NCBI GenBank assembly: GCA_951406725.2 | Contig: OX597837.1 | Coordinates: 8,804,001-8,868,000, forward strand | Reading direction: 5' to 3' | Length of the DNA: 64,000 nucleotides | Source: Octopus vulgaris | Lineage: Eukaryota | Shown: one piece after another, positions 44,720 through 58,208 of the stretch | Numbering within the stretch: the first letter of the stretch is position 1 | Layout: each line of letters starts with the position of its first letter | Made by a program: the position numbers and the translations under genes | The notes under the pieces: generated by a model | What the model saw: only the letters and a program-made list of their open reading frames with translations | What the model was told of the DNA's origin: nothing | The model's database searches: none

Positions 44720-45078
44720 TCTCTTCTCCTCCACCTCCTCCTCCTCATCATCATCCTTCTTCTTCTTCTTCCTTTTCTTCTCCTTCTTCTTCTTCTTCTT
44801 CTTCTTCTTCTTCTTCTTCTCCTTCTTCTGCTTCCTCTTCTTCTCCCTCTTCTTCTCCATCATGATCATCATGATCATCATCAACATCATTGCCACCATT
44901 ACCACAAGCACCGCATCCTCTACGACGATCACCACCATGGCGTCCACGACGACCACTACGATTACATCCCCTACCGTTACCCCTACCGTCATCGTCATCG
45001 TAGTATTCATCATCCCCATCATCATCATTGCCATCATCATCGTAATAAACAGCGTCGTCGTCATCATCATCATCGTCG

Positions 45079-45125
<47 letters not shown>
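44720..45125. repeat. Compound (CTT)/(CTC)/(CAT)n low-complexity tract
   Basis: Read directly from the sequence. Confidence 0.95.
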
Positions 45126-45836
45126 TTCATTTTGTTTTGTTTCACCTTTCGTACCTTCTCCTTCGTCTTTGTCATCATTTTTTTTTTGTCATCATTCACC
45201 GACGGTACCATTTGCTCCTCCTCCTTCTTCATACTACTATTTCCCAATTTTCCTCTGAACCACCACGCCCTGCTCCGACCGTCACCTTCCTCTCCCTCTT
45301 ACCCTCCTTTTCTACGTTTCATCCTTCGCTTCCTTATACATTTCCCTTCCGATGATTCGACCTCCAACTTCTTACGACCTCTTTTAAACGACAACAGAAT
45401 ATTTCAAGTCAGAAGAAAATTTCTTACATTTAGAAGTACCGCTAAGAAACCAACAAAGAAACCCGCCAACCCAAAACCGACCAACCCACAAACAGCTGAC
45501 TCACAACCAACCAACCCAGAACCAGCTGACTTGACACCCGTTTCAGGCCTGCGGTGTTTTAATTGTAATAGTTAATGATTTATATACAAACATATCTGTC
45601 CAACACTTACATACGTACATGCCTCTATGCAAATATGGAGGTGTGTACATACGTAACTATGCTATGCATGAATGTGTACATGACTACAAGCACACATTGA
45701 AACTTTTATACACACTCACACACACACATATATATATATATACATATATATATGCAAATATATATCAATTAATTAAAATTGATTGCTGCATATGTATAAT
45801 TAATTATATATCGATACATATGTATGATTATGCGTG

Positions 45837-45897
<61 letters not shown>

Positions 45898-46066
45898 ATA
45901 AATCTATGTTTACATAGGTGCATATATATATAATCAATCTATTAGTATATAGAAAATGTATAGTCATGTGTATAGATGTAGCTATATAGGTTTGCGTGTG
46001 TGTATATACATATTATAAATATGCACATATACATACGTACGTACATACATATTATATATATATATG

Positions 46067-46177
<111 letters not shown>

Positions 46178-46211
46178 AAATATATATGTATATATATATA
46201 TATATACATAC

Positions 46212-46262
<51 letters not shown>

Positions 46263-46549
46263 ATTGTGTATTAGTATGTGTGCCTGTGTGCATATGTGCC
46301 TTCGAACTAATTTTACGCCATGCAGACAATTACAACATCGCTTCATAGAAGCACATCAACAACAGCTTCAACTCTGCCAGCAACCCCCCCCCCATCCTTT
46401 CCCTGTCATTAACATTATATTAACTGTATGACATTCACATTAATTCTAGTTTGCCTTTAACCCAACGCAGTCGAGAGACTGCTACAAGTGTACGCTTCGT
46501 TTACACTTGACTAAGTCTGATACTCAAAGCAGTGTAAGTTTGTGCGTCT

Positions 46550-46574
46550 TTGTATCTATCTATGTATCTATCCG

Positions 46575-46646
<72 letters not shown>

Positions 46647-46756
46647 CCTATCCATCCACCTATCTATCTAAATAGATCTACATGTTTGTCTATCTATCTA
46701 TTTATCTATGTATCTATATATCTATCTACCTATCTTTCTGTATGTCTGCCTGTCTG

Positions 46757-46839
<83 letters not shown>

Positions 46840-46960
46840 GTCTATCTCTCTATCCGTCTGTCTATCTGCCTGTCTGTCTGTTTACCTGTCTGTCTGTCTG
46901 TCTATGTATGTATGTATGTATGTATGTATCTATCTATCTATCTACCTATGTATCTGTCTA
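46550..46960. repeat. (TATC)n/(TGTC)n microsatellite
   Basis: Read directly from the sequence. Confidence 0.97.
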
Positions 46961-47089
46961 CTAATCTATTTACTTTTCTGTTTCTGTTTACATATATACA
47001 CATAAGTATATAGGTTATTTGCATATATATGTACATATACAAACATACCTGTGCATGTGTATGCCATGACATAAATGTGTGTCGCTATG

Positions 47090-47165
<76 letters not shown>

Positions 47166-47525
47166 ATGTATGTATAAGCATATATATATATATATGTGTG
47201 TGTTTGTGTGTGTGTGTGTATCTCTATATGTCTATATACACACACATTCATAAATATATCAGTGTATGTCAGGTTATAAATATGTTTCTGATTGTGTATA
47301 TATATATTTAGTATACCTGCGTGTGTGTGTGTGTCTCTATGTGTGTGTGTTTATGTGCACATGTATCTATGTGGAATGAATAACAGGGATGTGCGTTTTA
47401 CGTTCATGTATGCGTCTCTACATCTGTTTACGAGTCAGCGTTCGTGTAAACATCACATGCATGCATAGATACAGAAATATATACTTACTTACATGTGTGT
47501 GAGTGTTTACGTGTGGGTAAGTGAC

Positions 47526-47565
<40 letters not shown>

Positions 47566-48269
47566 CATATGTTAGACTTCCTGCGCTAAAAAAAAAACAC
47601 ATTTTCAATGAAATCACCTATGATAACATAAAGGGAAAAAGATCACGATTAGTTTCATTTCGCCAGATTCCATTCGGGTGTAATCACTTGAAGTTCTTTC
47701 ATGTTTATTTATCAGTCAATACCCGACAATAAATCATTTCCCAGTGTATAGTTTATAATTGGTGTGCTAGAGGTTGATAATTACAATGATACCATCATAC
47801 ATCATACTGGTTAGAAGAACTACGCATACGTTTTAAGAGAAGAGGCTAGAAATTATTATTTGTTTTTATTAGAAATAATAAATTAACGTGGCTGATTTTG
47901 TTTTTGTTGTGCTGGAAATTAATGAAAGCACACAGATAACTGTGATAAAGTTAGATATATGTATGTACTGATATTCTCTGCAAGCCAACTGTAAATGAAA
48001 AGTCTTTGGCTCTGAATAACAGTTGAGATCAAAAGTAGCGACATAAAACAGCAAATCTCTTTACAAAGGTTTTGAAAAACTGGTTGAACATGGACAGCAA
48101 TACATAAAGTGAAAAAAAATCGCAGTTTGCTATCGAACACAGTTTAATGAGTAGACAAATAATAAGTTTATTTACTCTGGTCATAAAAAATTGTTTGTAT
48201 AAATTTCTCTGTAGAAAAATTGCTTATAAATATTTTCATGTTACGTAGGTTAAATGTTGTATAGAAATA

Positions 48270-48600
48270 ATTTTAAAGGAACGTTCTGGAATTGTTGTTC
48301 CTTTTGTGCATCGCACTTGTTGTATGATCAGATATTGGTAGGGAAATAACCAAACTAAATAGGATAACCTCTATGTAGTTTTGGTTTTGAAACCGGTAGA
48401 AATAAAGATCGGCAAGTGATTTCTCATTCAGGTTATTTAGCGAACTGAAAATGTAAGTGGCCATTGACAGATTCTGTGTCACTTTCGCTTAATTTTCAGT
48501 AAATTCTAGTGGTTCGCAGCAAAAATAAGGGCTAACAACGATATGGCGGCGAGGATGTCTTGCGCTCTATTCATATAGCTAAATTTGCTAAGATATTGCC
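48270..48600 (-). pseudogene. Possible decayed mariner transposase C-terminus
   Basis: Minus strand YIFSSLNNLNEKS (compare mariner YHLFRSLQNFLNGK), SKP, and YNKC..QK near the end. Weak match. Confidence 0.3.
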
Positions 48601-49709
48601 GTTTTCTTATTGGTTAAAAACACCGGTAAAGTACCAACTTGTCACCTGTTGAATGCGGGATTGATACATACTCATCTTGAAGATTACTGGGAAGGGAGTA
48701 ATCGATATGCATCGAAATAATCATAGATGAAGCGATAAGTGAATATCGGCGTTAATATAATTATAGAGAGCATGATATACGTAGTGAGCCGGTCAAGTGA
48801 TCAATTTTAACACTTCTTATATGCGTATATTATGTACCTACTTAATGGTCTGCATATGTGAAGGACATGCAGGTGAAGTTAGCTTGATAAATGCTCAAAA
48901 TACATGCATGATTTACAGAAATATGTGCGTATAATGCGAGCGTGATCTGCATAATTGTTCCAAATGCATGCGACGTCTATATGCATAAGCACGAGATACA
49001 AGGGAGACGTGCATGTTGTGTATGCATGTAAGAAGTGAGATCATACCTGTACAAAATGCAATTAGGTTTGAATGGCATGAAAATGATATGTGTTTTCGTA
49101 CAGGTGAGACAATGGAAATGTGAATAATTAATGGCGTTATTGTTTCCAGAGACATATATATATATATATATATGGTTTTTTTGGTACCATCACTGGCTTA
49201 AAATGAATATTAAGAATGAATATTGAATATTGAATAATGGCACGCAAGACAAAGGTTAGTCCATTGAAGGAAGTTCATTTTGCTTGAACAGTTTGCTGCA
49301 AAGAAGCGTCACTTGTTGATGTGGTTTCGGTTTACTAGTTCGTGTGTTCTCAGTCAGCGTTGATTTTTTCTTGTCACATGGAAAAGATGTTGACACGTTT
49401 CTTTCACCGCCGAACTGTGTCAACTTTACGAAGAGATACGAGTACTGCTCCGTCCGTAGTATTTGGTGTTTCAAAGTTCAACGGGGGTATTTCTGGTCGA
49501 ATTAAACGGACAAGAGAGGCATAATTTGTGGTTTTCAGTTAAGTCCCACTAGATGGCACATTAGGGAAGTATTTTCTATTATAGGCTCGGGCCCACAAAT
49601 GACTTGTCAATGAGTTTGGTTGCTTGACACACTGTGACGGATCGTCGTGTATGTGTGTGTATCACTGTGTGTGCATGAATTTGTGTGTGTGTGTGTGTGT
49701 GTCATTGTG

Positions 49710-49831
49710 CGGGTTCAGTCCCACTGCGTGGCACCTTCACCAAGTGTCTTCTACTATAGTCGCGGGCCGACCAAAGCCTTGTCAGTGGATTTGGTAGACG
49801 GAAACTGAAAGAGGCCCATCGTATATATGTG

Positions 49832-49916
<85 letters not shown>

Positions 49917-50092
49917 TTGTGTCTCTGTTTGTCCCCCAACATCGTCTGACAACCGATGCTGGTGTGTTTGCGTCCCCGTAACCCAGCGGTTCGGCAACAC
50001 AGACCGATAGAATAAGTACTGGGCTTACAAAGAATACGTCCTGGGGTCGATTTGCTCGACTAAAGGCGGTGCTCCAGCATGGCCGCAGTCAA
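49710..50092 (+). mobile_element. Family C SINE (an older 5' half lies at about 49520-49650)
   Basis: Collinear with the other copies. Confidence 0.9.
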
Positions 50093-50529
50093 AGAGTATG
50101 CTTTAAACTGAAGCTGCTTGTTTTGTTTCTTTCATCGATACAGATACATTTATCGATACAGATACATTTCTTGTAACACACACACACACACACATACATA
50201 CACACACACACATACACACATACATACATACATACACATGCACACATGCTGTGTAAGTTTTTAGGAATTGAATTAGACCTTCCCTTTCTTTGATATTCTA
50301 TCCACTTGTATCTAAAACTGCCGTATTGCTTCTAGGAACATTCCTCTCACTAAAAGTTCTATTTGCAGACATTTTTAAACATCGAATTCTTATTCATTTG
50401 ATATGACGGGCAGGGAAGATTTCGAATTTAATTTTTCGGCAATGTGCTTTCCTGCTGAGTCGCACACATGGAAGTTGCTTTGATGATGGCAGATTTAAAA
50501 ATAAAATGAACGGTGCAGATTTATTCGAC

Positions 50530-50603
50530 TGTGCTACAAGAAAATGCGTTACACCTTATCGGTGCTTCTTACACCGATAACGTGTAACGAATTTTCTTGT
50601 AGC

Positions 50604-50606
<3 letters not shown>
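50530..50606. repeat. Inverted repeat, 35-bp arms and 7-nt loop
   Basis: TGTGCTACAAGAAAATGCGTTACACCTTATCGGTG and CACCGATAACGTGTAACGAATTTTCTTGTAGCACA, 33/35 complementary. Confidence 0.9.
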
Positions 50607-50648
<42 letters not shown>

Positions 50649-50733
50649 ATGTATGATATTATAAGTTCAGTAAAAATTTAGATTCAGTTGAATATGGTAC
50701 TTAAGTTAAAGGCACAAGAATTTGGTATGGTAT

Positions 50734-50857
50734 TATCCATATAATTCAAAATGGGGTGATTATAATCAAAATGAGCAACACGGATATCCAAAGGTATCTT
50801 TGGATTTCCTTGTTGCTTATTTTGATTATAATCACCCCATTTTGATTTATAGGGATA
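50734..50857. repeat. 124-bp near-perfect palindrome
   Basis: Arms of about 62 bp, about 56/62 complementary, centred at 50795/50796, essentially no loop. Confidence 0.9.
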
Positions 50858-50905
50858 TATATATATATACATACATATATACATACATGTATATACATAT
50901 ATAGG

Positions 50906-51052
50906 ACGGGCTTCTTACAGTTTCCGTCTACCAAATCCACTCAAAAGGCTTTGGTCGGCCCCAGGCTATAGTAGAAGACACTTGCCCAAGGTGCCATGTA
51001 TTGGGACTGAACCCGGAACCATGTGGTTCGGAAGCAAGCTACCTAGCCACTC
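50906..51052 (-). mobile_element. Family C SINE, 5' half
   Basis: Head plus CORE-like block. Confidence 0.85.
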
Positions 51053-51149
51053 GTACTTAACTATATTTTCAAATTTTTCAAGATTTTCAAAGCCATCTTC
51101 TCCGCCTACAATTCATGACTATCGTGTGATCTACGTCCCTTGGCATCTT

Positions 51150-51410
51150 CTCCATACAGCCCTGAGGTGATAATCATTACGGTTCCATTTGAGTGCATGT
51201 GTAACTAACCGACTCTAAGGATTATCCAAAGATATTGTTCTTGGTATTAACCTAGGTTTTCTGATGGTTGAATTGGCTTGAAGAACCTCCCTTGCGAACT
51301 TTTACTTTCGGCATTTTAATAACACGTCTAAAGCATCGGTGCTTTCACCTCACAATGCGTTGCAGTAAGGATTCGATCTGGAGAAATTCCCTGATCTGTT
51401 ATTGAACACC
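51150..51410 (-). pseudogene. Decayed RTE-clade LINE, ORF C-terminus
   Basis: Minus strand QIREFLQIESLLQRIVR*KHRCFRRVIKMP / FAREVLQANSTIRKPRLIPRTISLDN. Same type as the 1030-1320 fragment. Confidence 0.7.
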
Positions 51411-51777
51411 AGTAGGATGAAAAGTCAGTCGACATGACTAGATTTTAGGAAGCGAGCTGGCATTTCGTCCGTCTCATTAGGTTCTGAGTTCAAATTCTAC
51501 CGATAACAATTTGCTTTCAATCTTTTCAGGGTCGATCAAATAAATATCATTTGAGCACTGGAGTCGATATAATCAACTTACGACCTCCCTACAATTTACA
51601 TACTTTGTGCCAAAATTTCAAACCGATACTACAAGTGTGGTTAAGGCCATGCGCACACAGTTTCGTTAGAACACCAGACAAAATAACTTATGTCATTTCG
51701 TCCGTCTTTACGTTTCAAGTTCAAATTCCGCCGAATTCTATTTGCTTCCTCTCTTGTTTTCGGAGACGATAAAATAC

Positions 51778-52001
51778 TTATTTCTTTACTACCCACAAGG
51801 GGCTAAACATAGAGGGGACAAACAAGGACAGACAAACGGATTAAGTCGATTATATCGACCCCAGTGTGTAACTGGTACTAATTTAATCGACCCTGAAAGG
51901 ATGAAAGGCAAAGTCGACCTCGGCGGAATTTGAACTCAGAACGTAGCGGCAGACGAAATACAGCTAAGCATTTCGCCCGAAGTGTTAACGTTTCTGCCAG
52001 C
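51778..52001 (-). mobile_element. Family M SINE with Tx1-like tail, nested in an older + strand family M copy (about 51660-52100)
   Basis: 18-bp TSD TCGGAGACGATAAAATAC at 51760-51777 and 52002-52019. Confidence 0.92.
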
Positions 52002-52722
52002 TCGGAGACGATAAAATACCATTTGAGCTCTGGGGTCGTTGTTACCGACTTATGTCCTGCACCAAAATTGCTGGAATTGTGTCGAAATTTGAAATCGATA
52101 ATACTAGATTCAAACGTAGAACATAAAAAGTCAGCAGTAATAAGACAAGACATTTTCACCAAATTCTAAAGGATTTGAAGGTAAAACATTGTTCTTAATA
52201 AAATATGATTTTATTGTTACCATTTTCTACAGAACTTTCAATGTGAGAAATGATTTTTTCTTCTAAGAGGTCAGCCAAGTCAACGGTACTTTTATAATGT
52301 GAAAAATATAAAGTGAAATTATAAATATTGGAAGTGTTAATAACTATGAATCATTTATTGACTGAAGATGTGAGTGCTTATTAATTTTCTCTAGTTTAAC
52401 GTATATGCATTCATACATACATACATGCATACATACATACAGATATATGTGAATGTCTATGTATATATATATGTGTGTATGTGTGTATATATGTGTATAT
52501 GTATGTATGTATATATATGTGTGTGTGTGTGAATGTATACATATTTACACACGCATATATATACACACATATACATACGCATTCATACGTATAGCTATAT
52601 AAATATATATATAAACATGGAACATATACATATGCTTACATAGACATATATACATACGTACACACACACACGCACACATATATATATGTATACATATATA
52701 TACGTATATATATATATATATT

Positions 52723-52793
<71 letters not shown>

Positions 52794-52820
52794 ATTTGCG
52801 TGTAGGTGTGTCTATGTATT

Positions 52821-52917
<97 letters not shown>

Positions 52918-53412
52918 TGATAGAAAGAGAGAGAGAAAGAGATAGATATGTATATTTATACATGCGTACACACACTTACAGATACACGTACACGCACACG
53001 CATACACATGCACACACACAGAGATATATGCGTACACATACATATGCCTGTAAAACTTCTGATTATAAAATCTTAATATTTATGTTTCACTTATGAAATA
53101 AACGAGTCCGGTAAGTATTTAATAATTTTCTATACAGTGAATTATTAATATTTATAGTCTAAAATTTATAAAGAACATTAATAATTTATTTTTTCATTCT
53201 TTGTTTTCTTCATTTTCGATACATGGTGTTTGAGCAAGACAAACTCATTTCTTTCTTGACATCTTACATGTAGTCCATTACAAGAGAGAGAACCTGTGAA
53301 CAAACCACGGGGAAAGCGAGGAGAAACAGACGTAGCGCTTGATCAGTACTTTCTTTATTGATCTCAAAATGCAATGAGAATATACGATTATATATATATA
53401 TATAATTCAATA

Positions 53413-53631
53413 TGTGACTGCGTGTGTACTGTTGGCAATTTTCTTTCTCCGTCTTCCCTTCCTTAGATCATTCCTTTTCCTATGTTTCTGAAGAAGAGCT
53501 CTGCTCGAAACCTTAAGTCCTCCTTCTTTCCTTCCTTCCTTCCTTTCCTTCCGGAGTGTCCAATAACACTATACTTGTTCCACGACTTCACGTTGTTGTG
53601 TTTTCTCTTTCTGTTTTCATGTTTCGATTAT

Positions 53632-53633
<2 letters not shown>
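53413..53633 (+). mobile_element. Hammerhead-motif short element, family B
   Basis: GTTT-CTGAAGA-A-GAGC-TCT-GCTC-GAAACCTTAA at 53484-53516 (canonical CUGANGA core). TA runs on both sides. Confidence 0.7.
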
Positions 53634-53691
<58 letters not shown>

Positions 53692-53845
53692 ATTTTTGTC
53701 TTTTTTTCGGCATATTTGGCATTATAATTTTTCTTTTGCCCTCATTTTGTAAATTATTTATGAATTTAACCTTTAAAGGTATTTTTTGATATACTGGCCA
53801 TTGATAAAAAATTTTTCCCGAAAAAAAAAATTAATTCTACATTAG

Positions 53846-53896
<51 letters not shown>

Positions 53897-53910
53897 CATA
53901 TATATATATG

Positions 53911-53942
<32 letters not shown>

Positions 53943-53949
53943 TATTCTT

Positions 53950-54150
53950 TTACATGTTTCACACATTTCGCCTGCGGCCAGCCATGCCGGAGCACTGCAT
54001 TTTGTCGAAAAATCGACCCCAGGATTATGCTTTGTAATCCTAGTATTTATTCTATCGGTCTATTTTGCCGAACCGCTAAGTTATAGGGAGGTAAACATAC
54101 CACGACTGGTTGTCAATCGAGGACAAACACTGACACACAAATACATATAT
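53950..54150 (-). mobile_element. Family C SINE, 3' half (similar diverged 3' halves at about 10730-10940, 41340-41460 and 59090-59270)
   Basis: GGCCA..CCATGCCGGAGCAC, TATTCTATCGGTC, TTTGCCGAACCGCTAAG. Confidence 0.75.
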
Positions 54151-54504
54151 ATATCTACAATAATAAATACCAAAACGAAATTCTGTGTGTCAGTGTGTCG
54201 CACTTTGACCCCGTTCGCTTACTATTCAAAGTCTCTTCTACTATTCCTCCTGATGGGGCAGAGAGACAGCGAGGGCGGTAGTAGTTTCACGGTTGTGATG
54301 GTAATGGGATGAGAGTAATAGTATGAGGTGTAGTTGTGATGGAGGCGGAGGTGACGGTGTTGATAGTGGTGGTGATGGTGGTGGTGGTGGTAGCCGAGGC
54401 GGTCGGGGATGACGGGGATAACTTGTACTTATTTTATCGATCCACGAAATGATGAAAGGCAAAGTCAACCTCGGTGGAATTTTGCCTGTGTGTGTGTTTG
54501 TGTG

Positions 54505-54559
<55 letters not shown>

Positions 54560-54971
54560 TTATATTTATATATATGTATATATGTGTGTGTGTATGTATA
54601 TGCGTGTATCCATATATTTGTATGCACATACATGTGTGTGTAAGTGCTTGCGTGCATGTATTCCTGCGTGTGTTTGAATGGTCTCACATATTTCAATCAT
54701 CTGAGCTTAGAAGAGTTATTCTCTTCGATTGTTATTTTTTTTCGCCTCCCTTTTTATTGCCATCTAATTTCTTCACACACCTCAATAAATTTGTTTTCTT
54801 CCACTTTCTATATTGCAATCGCAAAACCATTTCGTATTTCTATTGAATATGCAGAATAATACCTTCGTGTATTCTTTACTCATTCCTGTTCCTAATTTGC
54901 CCTCATGATAGCTTTTTGGTCAGAATATCGAATTTCATTTTGCTGTCCTTCTGCTATAATGTCTGATGTAA

Positions 54972-55003
<32 letters not shown>

Positions 55004-55104
55004 ATATTCTCATAGCTATGATAAACATTTTATATTCTCCTCTGTCCATGCCAAAGAAGACGGATTTATGTTACTTCTTACGACGTAAGCAGTTACTAGT
55101 CATG

Positions 55105-55204
55105 TCTTCTTCTTCTTCTTCTTCTTCTTCTTCTTCTTCTTCTTCTTCTTCTTCTTCTTCTTCTTCTTCTTCTTCTTCTTCTTCTTCTTCTTCTTCTTCT
55201 TCTT

Positions 55205-55285
<81 letters not shown>

Positions 55286-55380
55286 GTTATTATTAATACT
55301 GTTGTTATCATTTTTATCATTATTATTTTTTATTATTATTCTTATTCTAATTCTTATTATTTTTATTATTATTATTATTG
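55105..55380. repeat. (TTC)n followed by (TTA)n microsatellite
   Basis: Read directly from the sequence. Confidence 0.98.
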
Positions 55381-55390
55381 ATGTTGTTGT

Positions 55391-55610
55391 TATCTGTTTG
55401 ACTTTTGCTTTGTATTTGTACAAGTTGGCTCCAAGTCTCACCCAAGGACATCAGGTGACAACAAGTTGGAAGTTCAGCTTGGTGTTATGACTAGGGTGTC
55501 ATATATTTGGTTTTGCACATAGAATTGTTCTAGAGAATATTTCCGAAAACATAAGAGAATTATGAGTTTGTTTTAAAATTTGAGATTACATAGACAGTAT
55601 TTTACGTATT
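55391..55610 (-). mobile_element. R4/Dong-like 3' end abutting an (AAT)n array
   Basis: Minus strand IRKILSM* (stop at 55586-55588), about 200 bp of UTR, then AACAACATC(AAT)n. Confidence 0.65.
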
Positions 55611-55675
55611 TGCCACCAGGGCGAATGGTGGAGGAGACAATAGAAAGACAGACATATGATGTGGGGGTTTACATG

Positions 55676-56124
55676 CTCTTTTACTCTTTTTTACTCTTTT
55701 ACTCTTTTTTTACTCTTTTACTCTTTTACTTGTGTCAGTCATTTGACTGCGGCCATGCTGGAGCACCGCCTTTTAGTCGAGCAAATCGACCCCGGGACTT
55801 ATTCTTTGTAAGCCCAGTACTTATTCTATCGGTCTCTTTTGCCGAACCGCTAAGTGACGGGGACGTAAACACACACCAGCATCGGTTGTCAAGCAATGCT
55901 AGGGGGACAAACACAGACACACAATCACACACACACATACATATATATATATATACATATATACGACAGGCTTCTTTCAGTTTCCGTCTACCACATCCAC
56001 TCACAAGGCATTGGTCGGCCCGGGGCTATAGTAGAATACACTTGCCCAAGATGCCACGCAGTGGGATTGAACCCAGAACCATGTGGTTGGTTAGCAAGCT
56101 TCTTACCACACAGCTACTCCTGCC
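55676..56124 (-). mobile_element. Family C SINE, full length, with (TTTTACTC)n tail
   Basis: Collinear with the other copies. Confidence 0.92.
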
Positions 56125-56139
56125 GCTATGTTGGAATGA

Positions 56140-56850
56140 TAACAAAAAAAATCTATGCACAGTATATGTTAGAAGAAGGCAAGTATATATACGAGTAGTA
56201 AACGACAGTTGAAGAAGAGGGGAAAACACGATTGTGATGGGGGGCGGGGGCTACTGATACAGGAGGACATCTTTGGATAAACGAGGAACTCCACCATCCA
56301 AAAAGAAGCGAAGACCACGAATTTAGAATATTCAAGTTGTAGGATTTGAAGGTGAAAACGATATCAGAAATAACTGGAATATTTGGCTTGGTAAACACGC
56401 ATATGAACAAAGTGATAGAATTTATACCCGGATCTTCAACACTACAAACTGTCCAAAAATAGCTCTGCTAAGAACAGCCCACTTTCTGCGCAAGACACTA
56501 TCAATTCAATCATACAATCTAAACAAAACAACCACAATCACAAGACAATATATACAGCAAATATCCAATGAAAAAAAACTAACACCAGAAGGCTAGAAAC
56601 CCAGCGCATTACACACACAGCACTCAATACCAACACTAATACAACAAAAGACTCCATCACACCTCGTAAAACGACAAATTGACGCAATACAATAGCAGGA
56701 AGAGTTTGCACACTCTCAACAACAACAACAAAAAAAAATAGAAAGAATAATGATGCACAGAAACTAACAACACCGACATACAGCAAGTGATGCAGTAGAA
56801 ATTTTCCTGAAATTACCAAATGTTCAACAATAATAACAATAATAATAATA
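56140..56850 (+). pseudogene. Decayed R4/Dong-like 3' end (RLE C-terminus and probable 3' UTR)
   Basis: EFRIFKL*DLKVKTISEITGIFGLV...IEFIPGSSTLQTVQK.ALLRTAHFLRKTLSI (about 56320-56510), then an A/C-rich UTR running into AAT repeats. The 3' boundary is uncertain. Confidence 0.75.
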
Positions 56851-57097
56851 ACAAAGGCCAAGAACAACGAGTACCAAAAAAAACCCATCACGGTGGAAGA
56901 AAAAATACGGAAAAATATTCCATTTAAATTTTAAGATAAGAGACGTATTTGCATTTCGCTCTCACATCAGCGTTGATGTTATTGATGTTGCTGCTGATGT
57001 TGCTGTCACTGTAGTTGCTGTCGTTGTTGGCATTGTTGTTGTGGTTGTTGTGTGGTTCCTATTAGAATTGAGTTTTGTTTTAATGATATATATCTAC

Positions 57098-57144
<47 letters not shown>

Positions 57145-57234
57145 TATATATATATATTTATATATATGCATACAATATACATATATATACACATATACAT
57201 ACATATCTATATATATGTATATATATATGTATAC

Positions 57235-57298
<64 letters not shown>

Positions 57299-58052
57299 CA
57301 TACATACAAATTACATACATATACATACATATAAATTATATTATATATATATATGTATACATATATATACACATATATATAGATATGTATGTATATGTGT
57401 ATATATATATATATTGTATGCATATATATAAATATATACATGCGTAAATACGTGCGTGAGTGTGCGGGAATGTGTGAGTGTTTGTGTATGTGTGAGTGTG
57501 CGTGTGAGTGTGTATCACCGCTTTTTTTTTGCCCGATATTATTTCGTTTGCTTTCTGGATTATTTCTTTTTTACCTTTTTTTTTCTATTTCTTTTGTTCA
57601 TTTTATTGTTTCCTTTGTTGTTTTCGTTTTCGTCTTAATTCCGATAAGTTACCGTTGGTCGGCGTGTTTCCATAGCCCTCCGGGGTTCCCTCTGATATCC
57701 TGACAGGTTGTGGTGAGTAGAGACCCGGTGAGAGATCCCAGATAAGGAAATTGCATTGATGAATCCCAAGGGATAACAGTGTGTGTATACACATGCTGGT
57801 GGACACACCCGTATATACATACAAGCGTATATAACTAACAGACGCACATATTATAATCACTCACGCACACACAAACGCACATACATAACTTGAGAGTTCT
57901 ATCGGTGTGTACAGCACAGGTGTATATATACACATATTCAATGTGAGGGAACAACTTTTCGTATAACTGTGTGTATATGTGAGTGTGCTTGTGTCTATAT
58001 GTATGTCTGTTATCTGTGTGATACATAAATATATATATATATATATATATAC

Positions 58053-58096
<44 letters not shown>

Positions 58097-58174
58097 TTAA
58101 ACCCATATATACATACATATATATATATATTCATATGTATATATACACACATATATATGTGTATATAATCATAT

Positions 58175-58208
<34 letters not shown>

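Noticed and set aside
54154-54240. Helitron-like 5' end (TCTACAATAATAAA...TGTGTGTC)
   Set aside because: No matching 3' hairpin-CTAG was found, so it is too weak to call.
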